From contig CBDCLX010000002.1 of assembly GCA_965218815.1 (NCBI GenBank), forward strand, positions 2,918,176 to 2,982,175: a DNA stretch of 64,000 nucleotides, written 5' to 3'. Both the position numbers and the translations under genes were made by a program. Under the pieces are notes generated by a model. That model did not search any database. It had not been told where the DNA came from and saw only the letters and a list, made by a program, of their open reading frames with translations. The DNA comes from Bdellovibrionales bacterium. GTDB taxonomy: Bacteria; Bdellovibrionota; Bdellovibrionia; Bdellovibrionales; JAGQZY01. Positions 1 to 10,018 of this stretch are shown piece by piece (position 1 is the stretch's first letter; each line of letters opens with the position of its first letter).

Positions 1-109
1 AACCATAAAATAAATTTACGGGTCTGGTTCGAATTTCATGGACTTTCCGGGGCCTTAACCTGGAAGTTCAAGCCGGATCAGGAACAAAAACACATCAGGA
101 GGCTTTTAA

Positions 110-1300
110 ATGGCTAAAGAAAAGTTTGATAGAGACAAACCCCATGTCAATGTTGGTACTGTTGGTCATGTGGACCATGGAAAAACAACACTGACAGCGG
201 CAATCACCAAAATCCTTGCTGAAAAAGGCGGAGCAGAAGCTATGGCCTATGATCAGATTGATAAGGCCCCTGAGGAGAAGGAAAGGGGTATCACCATCTC
301 CACAGCCCATGTGGAGTACCAGACAGAAAAGCATCATTACGCCCATGTGGATTGTCCTGGACACGCTGACTATGTGAAAAATATGATTACCGGAGCAGCC
401 CAGATGGATGGAGGTATTCTCGTTGTTTCAGCCGCTGATGGCCCCATGCCCCAGACCCGGGAACATATTCTTCTTGCCCGTCAGGTGGGGGTGCCTGCCC
501 TGGTCGTCTTTCTTAACAAATGTGATCAGGTGGATGACGAAGAGCTTCTTGAGCTGGTGGAACTTGAGATTCGGGAACTTCTTAACAAGTATGAGTTTCC
601 AGGGGATGACATTCCCATCATCCGCGGTTCTGCCTTAAAAGCCCTGGAGGGCGATGCCGGTCCCATGGGCAAGGAAGCCATCATGAAACTCATGGATGCT
701 GTGGACACCACTGTTCCCGAGCCAAAACGGGATGTGGAAAAAACATTCCTTATGCCCATTGAAGATGTCTTTTCCATTTCCGGTCGGGGGACTGTGGTCA
801 CTGGTAGAATCGAGCGTGGGACCGTCAAAGTGAATGAGGAAGTGGAAATTGTCGGAGTTCGGGACACCCAAAAAACCACTGTCACTGGAATTGAAATGTT
901 TCGTAAGCTTCTTGATGAAGGCATGGCTGGTGACAATGCCGGTTGTCTTCTTCGAGGCACTAAAAAAGAGGAAGTGGAACGTGGTCAGGTCCTGGCCAAA
1001 CCCGGAACCATCACTCCCCACAAAAAATTTAAATGTGAAGCCTATATTCTTACCAAGGAGGAAGGTGGACGACACACTCCTTTTTTTAGCAAGTACCGTC
1101 CCCAGTTTTATTTTCGTACCACTGATGTGACAGGCGTTTGTTCCCTTAAAGAAGGCACTGAAATGGTGATGCCCGGAGATCAGATTGAAATGATTGTTGA
1201 TCTGATCGTCCCCATTGCCATGGAAAAGGAACTCCGTTTTGCCATTCGCGAGGGAGGTCGTACTGTGGGTGCCGGGATTGTCACTGAAATTATTGAGTGA
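110..1300 (+). CDS. tuf: Translation elongation factor Tu
   Basis: 396-aa ORF with the GHVDHGKT P-loop and the DCPGH and NKCD GTPase motifs. AGGAGG sits just upstream of the ATG. Confidence 0.98.
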   Translation: MAKEKFDRDKPHVNVGTVGHVDHGKTTLTAAITKILAEKGGAEAMAYDQIDKAPEEKERGITISTAHVEYQTEKHHYAHVDCPGHADYVKNMITGAAQMDGGILVVSAADGPMPQTREHILLARQVGVPALVVFLNKCDQVDDEELLELVELEIRELLNKYEFPGDDIPIIRGSALKALEGDAGPMGKEAIMKLMDAVDTTVPEPKRDVEKTFLMPIEDVFSISGRGTVVTGRIERGTVKVNEEVEIVGVRDTQKTTVTGIEMFRKLLDEGMAGDNAGCLLRGTKKEEVERGQVLAKPGTITPHKKFKCEAYILTKEEGGRHTPFFSKYRPQFYFRTTDVTGVCSLKEGTEMVMPGDQIEMIVDLIVPIAMEKELRFAIREGGRTVGAGIVTEIIE

Positions 1301-1306
1301 TTATGA

Positions 1307-1382
1307 AGGGCAGTGGCTCAATTGGTAGAGTAACGGACTCCAAATCCGTTGGTTGGGGGTTCAAGTCCCTCCTGCCCTGCCA
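1307..1382 (+). tRNA. tRNA-Trp: tRNA-Trp (anticodon CCA)
   Basis: Hand-folded 76-nt cloverleaf. Acceptor AGGGCAG/CTGCCCT, anticodon stem ACGGA/TCCGT, loop CTCCAAA, T-loop TTCAAGT, encoded CCA. It sits in the classic tuf-tRNATrp-secE-nusG position. Confidence 0.9.
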
Positions 1383-1405
1383 TTTTCATTTTAGAGAGTG
1401 GATGT

Positions 1406-1789
1406 ATGGAAAAAACAGTTAATAAAATCATGATGGTAAGCTTTGTTTGTGGAGCCTTTATGGTTGGTTACACAGCACAGGTTTTCAACACTCTTTTATC
1501 CAGTTCCTGGGGTGTTTATGCCCGTCTGACGAGTTCAGATTTTGCAACATATGGAACCCCCATTATTTTTGGTCTGATCTTTTTTCTCTATGTCAGTTTC
1601 TCCAAAAAAATAAAAAGCTGGGCCACGGATGTCATTGTTGAAGTCAGTAAGGTGGTCTGGCCCTCCCGCAAAGACACCACAGCCATGACCATCGTGGTTT
1701 GTTTTTTTATGATTTTGTCTGGAATTGTACTTGGCATTTTTGACTTTTTTTCAAGCCAGGTCATTCAGTTCATTATTGAAATGAGTTAG
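1406..1789 (+). CDS. secE: Preprotein translocase subunit SecE
   Basis: C-terminal part ([20 protein letters not shown] plus a TM helix) is typical SecE, and the gene lies between tRNA-Trp and nusG. The ATG at 1406 was chosen because the longer ORF start (1349) overlaps the tRNA. Confidence 0.8.
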   Translation: MEKTVNKIMMVSFVCGAFMVGYTAQVFNTLLSSSWGVYARLTSSDFATYGTPIIFGLIFFLYVSFSKKIKSWATDVIVEVSKVVWPSRKDTTAMTIVVCFFMILSGIVLGIFDFFSSQVIQFIIEMS

Positions 1790-1793
1790 GGAG

Positions 1794-2333
1794 TTGAACT
1801 TGGATCAGGAAAAAAAGTGGTATGTTGTCAATATTCAGACCAGCTGTGAAAACATGGCCAAGGCAGCCATTGAAGAGAGAATCAATACTAAAAATATGCA
1901 GGATCACTTTGGTGATATTCTGGTCCCCTCTGAAAATGTGATTCAACTGATTAAAGGTAAAAAACAAACCCGTTCCCGCAAATTTTTTCCAGGTTATATC
2001 TTTATCCAAATGGTGATGACTGACACAACCTGGCGTTTGGTTAAATCGGCTTCAAAAGTGACGGGCTTTATTGGAGGTGAAAAACCCAAACCTGTTCCTG
2101 CCCATGAAGTGGAAAAAGTGACTCAACAAATGATTCAGGGTGCAGAAAAACCCAGACCCAGAGTCTCCTTTGATGTGGGTGAATCAGTGACAGTGATTGA
2201 CGGTCCCTTTAGCAACTTCAATGGAACAGTGGAGGAGATTAACGAGGAAAAGGCCAAGGTTAAGGTTTCAGTGAGCATTTTTGGCCGCCCCACTCCAGTG
2301 GAACTGGATTTCATTCAGGTGGAGAAAACCTGA
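1794..2333 (+). CDS. nusG: Transcription termination/antitermination factor NusG
   Basis: 179 aa. NGN domain ([22 protein letters not shown]) and KOW motif ([21 protein letters not shown]). TTG start. Confidence 0.93.
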   Translation: MNLDQEKKWYVVNIQTSCENMAKAAIEERINTKNMQDHFGDILVPSENVIQLIKGKKQTRSRKFFPGYIFIQMVMTDTTWRLVKSASKVTGFIGGEKPKPVPAHEVEKVTQQMIQGAEKPRPRVSFDVGESVTVIDGPFSNFNGTVEEINEEKAKVKVSVSIFGRPTPVELDFIQVEKT

Positions 2334-2436
2334 AAAAACCGTGACGACTACTCCTTAGCCTGCACAGGAAAAGAGACGGGGGAAGGCGAATCCCTCCAGG
2401 TCAAAAGGAAGAGGGTAGTGACCATCGTTTTGTTTA

Positions 2437-4368
2437 TTATCTGACCATAGCAGGAAATCTGGGGCGTTCCCCCTTTTCCATTTGTTTTTTTTCATCAGGA
2501 ATGGAGTTCAGTTTGGATAGGATTTTTGCTTTGTTCATGGGATTCTTTTCAAGTACAATCGCTTTCTTATACATAACTCTTGCCTTCATTGGACGTTGAT
2601 AACGGGAATAGGCATCCCCAAGATGTTCAGCAATAATACTTTCACCAGATTCCTTATTGTGGGCTTTTTCAAGAACCCGAACGGCTTCCCTGATGCGATT
2701 TTGTTTAAAAAGGACCCAACCCAGAGTATCCATAATAAAACCATCATCGGGTTGGAGTTGGAGGGCCTTTCTCACCAGGTTTTCTGCTGTGTGCAGGTTA
2801 AGGGTCACTTTGGCATAAATGTAGGCCAGATAATTCAGGGCCTGAACATGATTGCCATCAATTTCCAACACTTTTTCCATCCGTTCAACACTCTTGTCTG
2901 TTTTGCCTATGAGATCATAAACAGAACCCAACTGAAAATGAATTTGTTTGTCTTCAGGAAAGAGTTCCACTGCTTCACTCAAAATCTTTTCAGATTCAGC
3001 CAATTGATTGGCTTCTCTTAATAATGAGGCGTAAAGGAGCCAGAACCTGGAAATGTCCTGCCTTTTATCAAGGCCCTGTTTGGCGATTTCCATAGCTTTA
3101 CCGATTTCACCCATGAGTTTGTAAAGATAAGAAGTATGGAGCACACTGTCTTCATAATAACGGCTGGTTGAAGGAACATGATCAAAGTTTTTGACAGCCT
3201 TCTTATAATTTTTGATTTCCTCATAGAGAGAACCCAGGTAGAAATGAATTTTTTCTGAATCAGGCACTCTTTTTAAAAGAGCTTCCATTTTTTTAATGGC
3301 TGAGTTGTATTTTTTTTGTTCAATCATAATCAAGGCAATCTTAAAACTGGTGTTAAGGTGATTGCTGTCACTGGACTCTATAATTTTTAACTGAGTCAGG
3401 GCTTTGTCCATCTGTTCATTATCGATATAGATCTGACTGAGTTTTTCAGCAATAAGAGGATTTTTCCCATGTCTTTCCTGATATCGGGAATAGAGTTTTT
3501 CCAGTTTTATTTTGGCATTCTGGGACTGATAGATGTCTCCAAGGGCAAAGACAACCTGAATATCCTTTGGATCCAGAGCAAGACTGGTTATATAGGCTGA
3601 CTCTGCATTTTTCAGGTCAGGCTTTTTTTTGAAAGCATACATCTGTCCCAGATAGTACCAGATTCTTGATTTTTTCCTGATTTTCTCATTGCGAACCATT
3701 TTCTGAAAGTGATCAATGGCTTTTTTAAAATCCTCTTTTTCACCATAAAGTATCCCAATAAAAAGAGAGATTTCAGAATCATCAGGGTAATAAGACAATG
3801 CTTTTTCATAAACAGCCAGGGCTTCATCAAAAATATGTATGGCTGAAAGCAGGCCTCCCAGGAGAAGGCTGGAGTCCCTGTGTTTTGAATCAAGCTTAAG
3901 GGCCTCTTTGCATTCCAACATGGCCTGGGTGATCAGACCCAGTCTGACAAATTTCAGGGCCATACGATAGTGAATGTGGGATGAATTTTTGTCATAAACA
4001 AGAGCCAGTTTGTAGTTTTCAATGGCTTTGACAGGTTGATTCTGAAGACTGTGGGATTCAGCCAACGTAAAATAATAATCGGCCTGGGTTTGTATATGGG
4101 TCTGATCAATTGGATTTCCCTGAATTTGAGCCATGGGCTGTGGTTGTTTGTTACCCTTGTCACTGGCCTGATCAGATGGGAGACTTTCTCCGTTGGAACC
4201 CCTGAAATGGGCACAGCCCGCCAGGCTCAGTATCAACATTATGAGGGCAGGAATTTGTAATAATTGGATTTTTTTCAATGAACTCCGGAAAAAATCCGGA
4301 ATTTGACAAATTGTGCACATGATATGGATATCGGCAGACTTATAAAATCTCTTTAAAGTCCGGCACAT
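2437..4368 (-). CDS. TPR-repeat lipoprotein
   Basis: 643-aa ORF with many 34-aa TPR-like repeats (A..Y..AL..P pattern). Lipobox LSLAGC near the N-terminus. The true start is probably internal to the ORF. Confidence 0.75.
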   Translation of the reverse strand: MCRTLKRFYKSADIHIMCTICQIPDFFRSSLKKIQLLQIPALIMLILSLAGCAHFRGSNGESLPSDQASDKGNKQPQPMAQIQGNPIDQTHIQTQADYYFTLAESHSLQNQPVKAIENYKLALVYDKNSSHIHYRMALKFVRLGLITQAMLECKEALKLDSKHRDSSLLLGGLLSAIHIFDEALAVYEKALSYYPDDSEISLFIGILYGEKEDFKKAIDHFQKMVRNEKIRKKSRIWYYLGQMYAFKKKPDLKNAESAYITSLALDPKDIQVVFALGDIYQSQNAKIKLEKLYSRYQERHGKNPLIAEKLSQIYIDNEQMDKALTQLKIIESSDSNHLNTSFKIALIMIEQKKYNSAIKKMEALLKRVPDSEKIHFYLGSLYEEIKNYKKAVKNFDHVPSTSRYYEDSVLHTSYLYKLMGEIGKAMEIAKQGLDKRQDISRFWLLYASLLREANQLAESEKILSEAVELFPEDKQIHFQLGSVYDLIGKTDKSVERMEKVLEIDGNHVQALNYLAYIYAKVTLNLHTAENLVRKALQLQPDDGFIMDTLGWVLFKQNRIREAVRVLEKAHNKESGESIIAEHLGDAYSRYQRPMKARVMYKKAIVLEKNPMNKAKILSKLNSIPDEKKQMEKGERPRFPAMVR

Positions 4369-4372
4369 TATC

Positions 4373-4452
4373 CTAGACCGAACTTCTCATAAAATTTCGT
4401 AGCAAGGAGATTGGAAGCCTCGCTACGAAATTTTATGAGAAGTTCGGTCTAG
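4373..4452. repeat. Perfect 31-bp inverted repeat (hairpin, 18-nt loop) between two minus-strand genes
   Basis: 4373-4403 (ctagaccgaacttctcataaaatttcgtagc) is the exact reverse complement of 4422-4452. It lies directly after the stop of the 4454-5371 gene. No U-tract follows it. Confidence 0.9.
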
Positions 4453-4453
4453 A

Positions 4454-5371
4454 CTACAGTCCATTAATTTTTTTGATAAAATTTTGTATTTTTAAATTAA
4501 CCTTCTCTGGAAAATCCAGCTGAGCACAGTGAGACCCATGGGGTATAATACAAAGTTCACTTGTTGGAATGGTCTGGCTCATCTTTTTTTGATCTTCCAT
4601 TGGAGTGAGGGCATCTCTGGAGCCACAGATAACGAGGGTGGGGGATTCAATGGTGCCGAGAATACTTTCCCCCTGAAAAGAAATCATTTCTTCAAAAAAA
4701 GTGATAAAAACCCTTATATCAATGGCTGCCATCCCACGGATGTAGATTTCTATGTCCTTTAAAGTGGTTTTGCCCAGATTAAAGCCGCCGGTCAAAACAC
4801 TCAATGGGATCATAAGAGGGTGAGTGACTCCTTTTTTCCAGAAAGAGGAAACAAGACCAGGTTCATAATTATAAACTTTTTTAATCCGGTTGATCCAGTT
4901 TAACAGATTGTCCCTTTTTACAATGGATTCAAAGGGATTACGATAAAGACCATTGATAAAGCTCATAGTCCTGAAAAGTCCTGGTTTTTTTGAGTAAGCT
5001 TTCAACAGAACCTGAACGCCAAAACTGTGACCCACAAAATCAGCCTCTTCAATTTTTAAAAATTCACAAAGAGCAATAATATCCTCAGACAATGAATCTA
5101 TATTTAGACTTTTCCTGTCTTCAGGGATGGGCGTTTGGTGATGACCACGATAATCAAACATGATCGTCTGTCTTTGTCTGGAAAAATAACGAATCTGGGG
5201 GGACCAGTGGTTAAACAGACAACCAATACCATAACAGAATATGAGAGGAGGTCCCTGCCCCCTGGACTCGTAATAAACTTTAGCTCCATCATAGCTTAAA
5301 AATTGACCGGATTGTTTAAGAATGAAATCCATGACCTTCATCAAATTCCACAAGGATATGACTCTCTCCAA
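4454..5371 (-). CDS. Alpha/beta-fold hydrolase
   Basis: GHSFG nucleophile elbow, N-terminal PPLIFCYGIG oxyanion region, C-terminal IIPHGSH. The start is probably M11 or M14 of the ORF. Confidence 0.8.
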   Translation of the reverse strand: MERVISLWNLMKVMDFILKQSGQFLSYDGAKVYYESRGQGPPLIFCYGIGCLFNHWSPQIRYFSRQRQTIMFDYRGHHQTPIPEDRKSLNIDSLSEDIIALCEFLKIEEADFVGHSFGVQVLLKAYSKKPGLFRTMSFINGLYRNPFESIVKRDNLLNWINRIKKVYNYEPGLVSSFWKKGVTHPLMIPLSVLTGGFNLGKTTLKDIEIYIRGMAAIDIRVFITFFEEMISFQGESILGTIESPTLVICGSRDALTPMEDQKKMSQTIPTSELCIIPHGSHCAQLDFPEKVNLKIQNFIKKINGL

Positions 5372-6032
5372 AAGAAATAATATCTCCGGGTTCGAGTTGT
5401 TTGTATTTGAGATTTTTATTATTCACTTTGACAATTTCCCTGTTTTTAGTGGCAAAACAGGGGTGTTTGTCTTTTGCCAGAATCTGAAAAGCCTCTTTTG
5501 GAGCTTTCCTGTCATAAAGGCAGATGTCAAAACTGTTCCGGCCGGCATACCGTGGACCATAGAAAATTCTCCAGACTTGCTTATATTGAAGCCCCTGTAT
5601 GACTTTTAGCTGGATTTCCGGACTGATTTCCCGGCAAATATCCCTGGAATTTTTCATTTTTTTGACCAGAGACTGAGTCCAGAGTTGAAATCCTTTTGAA
5701 AATTTTGAAGAATCAGTCACTAATACCTGACATTGGAACTTGCTGGAACCCATTTTGATGATATCCCCGTCTTTTATCATGGCCTTGATTTCCTTGTGAC
5801 CATTAACCCAGACCCCATTGCGGGAGTCATTGTCCCTGACCCACCAGTCCAGGGATTCATCCGGTTCAAAAAAAGCATGGATTCCTGATAATTTAGGGTC
5901 ATTGATAAGAATATCAGCAGAGGTCCTTCTTCCCACGCTGGTTTTATTGGTGACACTCATTTTACGCCCACTGGCAGGTCCGTCGATAAACTCAAGATAC
6001 AGATGCATCCCCTTATTCTGGCAAAAAAACAC
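5316..6032 (-). CDS. FHA-domain protein
   Basis: N-terminal FHA pattern (VGRRTSADILINDPKLSGIHAFF...DNDSRNGVWVNG...GDIIKMG). Confidence 0.75.
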   Translation of the reverse strand: MFFCQNKGMHLYLEFIDGPASGRKMSVTNKTSVGRRTSADILINDPKLSGIHAFFEPDESLDWWVRDNDSRNGVWVNGHKEIKAMIKDGDIIKMGSSKFQCQVLVTDSSKFSKGFQLWTQSLVKKMKNSRDICREISPEIQLKVIQGLQYKQVWRIFYGPRYAGRNSFDICLYDRKAPKEAFQILAKDKHPCFATKNREIVKVNNKNLKYKQLEPGDIISFGESHILVEFDEGHGFHS

Positions 6033-6224
6033 AGCAAATCCAAGTTTCAGATCGTATTGATCAGAAATTTTGTGAAAAATGGGGCCTGGAGGCTTGTGCT
6101 TACTTGATTCAGTGTGGTAAACAGTTTTTACACAAGCGGGATTGTTTGGATTTTCATGGTTTTTCCTGTAAAGCCTGAAAAACCCATAAGATCAGTGACA
6201 TGGGCCATTATTGAAAGGAAAAGT

Positions 6225-6650
6225 ATGTTGGAATTAACAAAGACAGAACTCTCTCGCCCCTATGAGGCCGTTGTCATACTGGGTGTGGACACTCCTGAAG
6301 GGGAACAAAAAGATCTTTTTAAGAAAAATAAAAATATCATTGAATCTTTTTCAGGGGAGATGAATCATATTGATACCTGGGGGGAAAGAAAGCTGGCCAA
6401 CCCCATTAACAAACAAAAAAAAGCCATTTATTTTCATTACACTTTTACAGCTTTACCCCATGCCATCAATGAAATGGAAAGGACAATGAAGCTGGATGAC
6501 CGTGTTTTAAGGGTGATACACTCCCGTCTGTCTGAAAAAATTCCTTTGCAGAAACAGGTTGAGAATTTTAAAGACCGGATAGCAGAGTCTATCCAGAAGA
6601 AAAAGGAAAAAGAGGGAAAATTTAAAAGCCGAAAGACATTTCGGCAATAA
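6225..6650 (+). CDS. rpsF: 30S ribosomal protein S6
   Basis: YEAVVIL...W.G.RKLANPI...Y.HY.F is a typical S6 pattern. The ATG at 6225 is preceded by GAAAGGAAAAG. Basic/acidic C-terminal tail. Confidence 0.9.
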   Translation: MLELTKTELSRPYEAVVILGVDTPEGEQKDLFKKNKNIIESFSGEMNHIDTWGERKLANPINKQKKAIYFHYTFTALPHAINEMERTMKLDDRVLRVIHSRLSEKIPLQKQVENFKDRIAESIQKKKEKEGKFKSRKTFRQ

Positions 6651-6661
6651 AACGAGATTTT

Positions 6662-7528
6662 ATGATGAAAAAAAAAGAATGGAGTCAATGGGCGTTCACT
6701 TCCGCTTTGGGACTCCTGCTTTCATATATTTTTGTTTTTTTGGCAGTTTTACCCATTCGTTATCTACGACTTGTTTTTGGTCGTAAACTTTTCATCCTGA
6801 GTTCAGCTTTATGCTTTGCAGGTCTGATCAGTTACGGGTTATGGGCCTGGGCTTTTATTCATATATCCCTGTCTTTGCTCATTGGACTTTACAGAGAACT
6901 GGAGGAAAACCATGTTTCCACCTTTGTGTCAGCGGTTCTTGCCATTGCAACAACTGTTATGGCAAATCTGGTGTCTTTTTTTTCATACTCAAAAATAACA
7001 GGCAGGGATACTGAAAGCATCCTGCTCGGTTACTTTACCCCTCTTATAAAACAGCTCCATAAAACCCCTCATTTTCGAGAAACAAACCTTGAGAGTTTTT
7101 TAACCTATTTACCCTCTGGTCTGATTATCAGTCTCATGTTTATTTTATTCATTTCCCTGGCTTTTGTAAAAAGTGCTTCAAATTATAATCAACTTAAAAA
7201 TTTTCGTCTTCCTGATGGACTCATCTGGGTTTTTATTGTCAGCTTGGGCTTTGCCTTCATATCTGTTTCCAACCCCCAGGCTTCAACAATAGCCACCAAT
7301 ATTTTCATCATTACGTCAGCTGCCTACTTTTTTCAGGGCCTTGCTGTTTTCACCCATTTTCTGGATCGGTTTTCAGTTTTTGGATTCTGGAGAATTTTGG
7401 CCTATTTTATAGTTCTCCTGCAAATGTTTTTTATAAGTGGATTGGGGGTTTTGGATTTTTGGTTTGATTTTAGAAGCAAAAAATCCACATCTCTTGAAAG
7501 AAAAACCCTGAATCAAGGGGAAAAGTAA
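6662..7528 (+). CDS. Polytopic membrane protein (position and look of YybS/DUF2232-like)
   Basis: 288 aa with multiple predicted TM helices. It is located between rpsF and rplI, as DUF2232 genes are in other phyla. The family call is a recollection, not a search. Confidence 0.55.
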   Translation: MMKKKEWSQWAFTSALGLLLSYIFVFLAVLPIRYLRLVFGRKLFILSSALCFAGLISYGLWAWAFIHISLSLLIGLYRELEENHVSTFVSAVLAIATTVMANLVSFFSYSKITGRDTESILLGYFTPLIKQLHKTPHFRETNLESFLTYLPSGLIISLMFILFISLAFVKSASNYNQLKNFRLPDGLIWVFIVSLGFAFISVSNPQASTIATNIFIITSAAYFFQGLAVFTHFLDRFSVFGFWRILAYFIVLLQMFFISGLGVLDFWFDFRSKKSTSLERKTLNQGEK

Positions 7529-7551
7529 CTGTTTTTTACCGGGAGATTAGG

Positions 7552-8016
7552 ATGAAAATGATTCTCAAAGAGAATGTTCAGAATCTGGGCCAAACAGGAG
7601 ATTTTGTCACTGTGGCCAATGGCTATGCCCGCAATTTTCTTTTACCAAAAAAGCTGGCTGTTGAAGCCACAAAACGGAGAATAAAAGAATTTGAGCATTG
7701 GAAACGGGTTGCCGAATCCCGTAAAAAAAAGGAAAGAGAAAGAAAAAAAAGTATTATGAATCAGTTGGCCGATCTTCAGATTGTTTTCAGACTCCATGCC
7801 GGGGAGGGGGATAAGCTCTTTGGTTCCGTAACCAATAAACACATTTCTGACGAGCTTGAAAAACAGGGCCACACTATCAATAAAAGGGATATCTTTCTTT
7901 CTGAACCTATAAAGGTTCTCGGTCAGCATAAAGCGGTTGTTAAACTGGATACAAAGATGGAACAGGAAATCATTATCACAGTGGAAAGACTTGATCCACA
8001 CTCCTATGAGGAGTGA
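7552..8016 (+). CDS. rplI: 50S ribosomal protein L9
   Basis: MKMILKENVQNLGQTGDFVTVANGYARNFLLPKKLA is the canonical L9 N-terminus. Confidence 0.93.
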   Translation: MKMILKENVQNLGQTGDFVTVANGYARNFLLPKKLAVEATKRRIKEFEHWKRVAESRKKKERERKKSIMNQLADLQIVFRLHAGEGDKLFGSVTNKHISDELEKQGHTINKRDIFLSEPIKVLGQHKAVVKLDTKMEQEIIITVERLDPHSYEE

Positions 8017-8228
8017 TCGGTCGAAAGTTTGATGTAATCATTCTTACCTGCTGCCACTTCAGTGAAGAGGTCCTGTAAAATGGGAATAAGAGCTTCCCTT
8101 AAATCCTCAAGAGAGGGGTTGTTGGGATCTTTACCCGCTTCCAGAAGCCAAACCTTTAGTTGTTCCATGACTTTGTCTTTTGGAAAACCCGTGGCCTGAG
8201 CAACGGTCTCTAACAATGTTTCATCCAT
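8004..8228 (-). CDS. Small hypothetical protein (74 aa)
   Basis: Plausible amino-acid composition, convergent with rplI. No family recognised. Confidence 0.4.
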   Translation of the reverse strand: MDETLLETVAQATGFPKDKVMEQLKVWLLEAGKDPNNPSLEDLREALIPILQDLFTEVAAGKNDYIKLSTDHSS

Positions 8229-8386
8229 AAAACCCTTCCATACTTCTCAACACTTCTCACAAGGTTTCCTGCTGCGGCTGCCAACTGCTTCTACAAAAGG
8301 ATATTGGCCGCTTTGAAGCATCAACCATGCCTTCCTAGATTTTCGGTCTGCTTCTCCTTTTGCAGAGACACTTCGACAACCTCACC

Positions 8387-8412
8387 ACGAAAGCTTATGA
8401 GAAATGCGGGCT
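8387..8412 (+). repeat. Member of a short dispersed repeat family related to the arms of the 4373-4452 palindrome
   Basis: acgaaagcttatgagaaatgcgggct matches acgaaattttatgagaagttcggtct (4424-4449) at 21 of 26 positions. A shorter copy, gaaatgcgggct, lies at 8500-8511. Confidence 0.55.
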
Positions 8413-8509
8413 GAAAAGCTGATACTATTCAAACAGCATGGATCAATATCTGTAAATAGGGTTTAAAAAAACCAGGACCAAAGGCTTGAGATTTTAAAGG
8501 AAATGCGGG

Positions 8510-9202
8510 CTAAAATGAGGTTTCCCAGTCAATGGGAACCATTGTGTTTTCAATCAAAAAATCATTGGCCTTTGAAAAATGACGACATCCAAAAAAACCC
8601 CGATGGGCGGAAAGGGGTGAGGGATGGGGACTTTTAAGAACAAGATGTTTTTCAGTATTGACAAAATCCGCTTTTTTCTGGGCATAACTCCCCCACAATA
8701 CAAAAACCATGGGTTGTTCACGTTCATTGAGAAGTTCTATCACCCGATCAGTCAGTTTTTCCCAACCCCTGTTGCGATGGGAGGCCGCAAGCCCCCTTTC
8801 TACGGTCAACACACTGTTAAGAAGCAGAACTCCCTGTTTGGCCCATGAAGTCAAATCTCCATGATTCTTATTGTCAATTCCTATATCAGCTTTCAATTCC
8901 TGGTAAATATTCACCAGGGAGGGAGGAAGTCTCACTCCCTTTTTTACTGAAAAGCAAAGCCCATGGGCCTGATCTGGTCCATGATAGGGGTCCTGACCCA
9001 AAATCACCACTTTCACCTGATGAAAGGGGGTGAGAGAAAAAGCCAGAAAATATTGGGGTTTGGCGGGGTAAATGACTTTTCCACTGGCATATTCCCCCTT
9101 TAAAAACTCCCGAAGTTCGGTCATATCATTTTTCTGAAACTCTTCTATCAGTTTTGCTCTCCAGCTCTCTTCCATCTGAACCAAAGGCTGTTCATTATCC
9201 AT
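8510..9202 (-). CDS. ung: Uracil-DNA glycosylase, family 1
   Basis: [21 protein letters not shown] water-activating loop and the HPSPLSA motif. Confidence 0.95.
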   Translation of the reverse strand: MDNEQPLVQMEESWRAKLIEEFQKNDMTELREFLKGEYASGKVIYPAKPQYFLAFSLTPFHQVKVVILGQDPYHGPDQAHGLCFSVKKGVRLPPSLVNIYQELKADIGIDNKNHGDLTSWAKQGVLLLNSVLTVERGLAASHRNRGWEKLTDRVIELLNEREQPMVFVLWGSYAQKKADFVNTEKHLVLKSPHPSPLSAHRGFFGCRHFSKANDFLIENTMVPIDWETSF

Positions 9203-9304
9203 GAAAATGGTCTTTACATTATCAAGTCTTTAAAATCACTTTATTTTTTTGTTGACTAGTTGACAAATTCCAGGTCAACATCAAACTTTGTTTAAGAGGC
9301 TATC

Positions 9305-9646
9305 ATGTTAAAAATAGATACACATGGAACAACCATCAATGAGAAAGAAGTGGTTGCTTATGTTCAACAACAAATGGTTGATTTGGCCCCCCATCTGGAA
9401 GATAAATCCTCCCTGGAGGTGAAGCTCAGTCAGAAAAATCAGATTTTTCAGGCGGAACTCACAGCCTTTCATGAAGAGGGGGAGATCCAGACAGTGGGAA
9501 TGAATGAGGACCTCTTTGATGCCATCAGAAATGCCAAAGAAGGTCTGCTCCAGTATTTTTTGGAAACGGAGGCAATCATCAACCCCCGACTGAGAGAGGA
9601 AAAAATCAAACTCATGTCCCATCATGGGAATCTGCACCTGCACTAA
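9305..9646 (+). CDS. Possible ribosome hibernation factor (HPF/RaiA-like)
   Basis: 113 aa. The beta-alpha pattern and GEIQTVGMNEDLFDAIRNAKEGL resemble the HPF region GGEIHA..G.DMYAAID. Weak call. Confidence 0.45.
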   Translation: MLKIDTHGTTINEKEVVAYVQQQMVDLAPHLEDKSSLEVKLSQKNQIFQAELTAFHEEGEIQTVGMNEDLFDAIRNAKEGLLQYFLETEAIINPRLREEKIKLMSHHGNLHLH

Positions 9647-9676
9647 AAAGCCAAAATAAAGGATGGGATTTATCTG

Positions 9677-10018
9677 GTGACCAGGAAAAAAGATAAAACT
9701 CTCTACCTTGTCAACTACAGAGATCCAAAAGATGGGATCTCCAGATCCATCAGGGCCCGCAGGATTGAAGACTCCCCTTTGGGTTTAAGTTTTATTGCCA
9801 TTTCTGATTTTGTTTTTGAATCAAGCACCATTCTTATTAACCCGGATGAAGAGGCCCGGAAGCTGGAATTTGAAAAAATAAAGACCCTGCATCTCTCCAT
9901 TTACTCCATCCAGTCTGTCAGTGAAACTGGAAACCATGAAAACTCTCTCAGTTTTAAAAATGACAGAAGTCATATCCTTGTTCTCAATCAGGAGACCCTG
10001 GGAAAACCAAACAATTGA
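9677..10018 (+). CDS. DUF1820-like protein
   Basis: LYLVNYRD...SRSIRARRIEDS.LGLSFIAISDFVFES...INPDEEARKLEFEKIKTLHLSIYSIQSV resembles the DUF1820 consensus as I recall it. Confidence 0.5.
   Translation: MTRKKDKTLYLVNYRDPKDGISRSIRARRIEDSPLGLSFIAISDFVFESSTILINPDEEARKLEFEKIKTLHLSIYSIQSVSETGNHENSLSFKNDRSHILVLNQETLGKPNN

Noticed and set aside
95-1130. ORFs 95-364(-), 408-638(+), 526-960(-), 635-1075(-) and 834-1130(+), all overlapping tuf
   Set aside because: All are alternative-frame or antisense shadows of a highly conserved, strongly supported gene. Their compositions (S/R/P-rich, low complexity) are typical of shadows.
8229-8509. 280-bp gene-free stretch considered as a structured RNA (tmRNA, 6S, RNase P, SRP RNA)
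   Set aside because: I could not find any diagnostic motif: no tag-peptide reading frame with a tRNA-like end, no RNase P or SRP conserved boxes. It is better explained as a cluster of the short dispersed repeats. A covariance-model scan would be needed to settle this.
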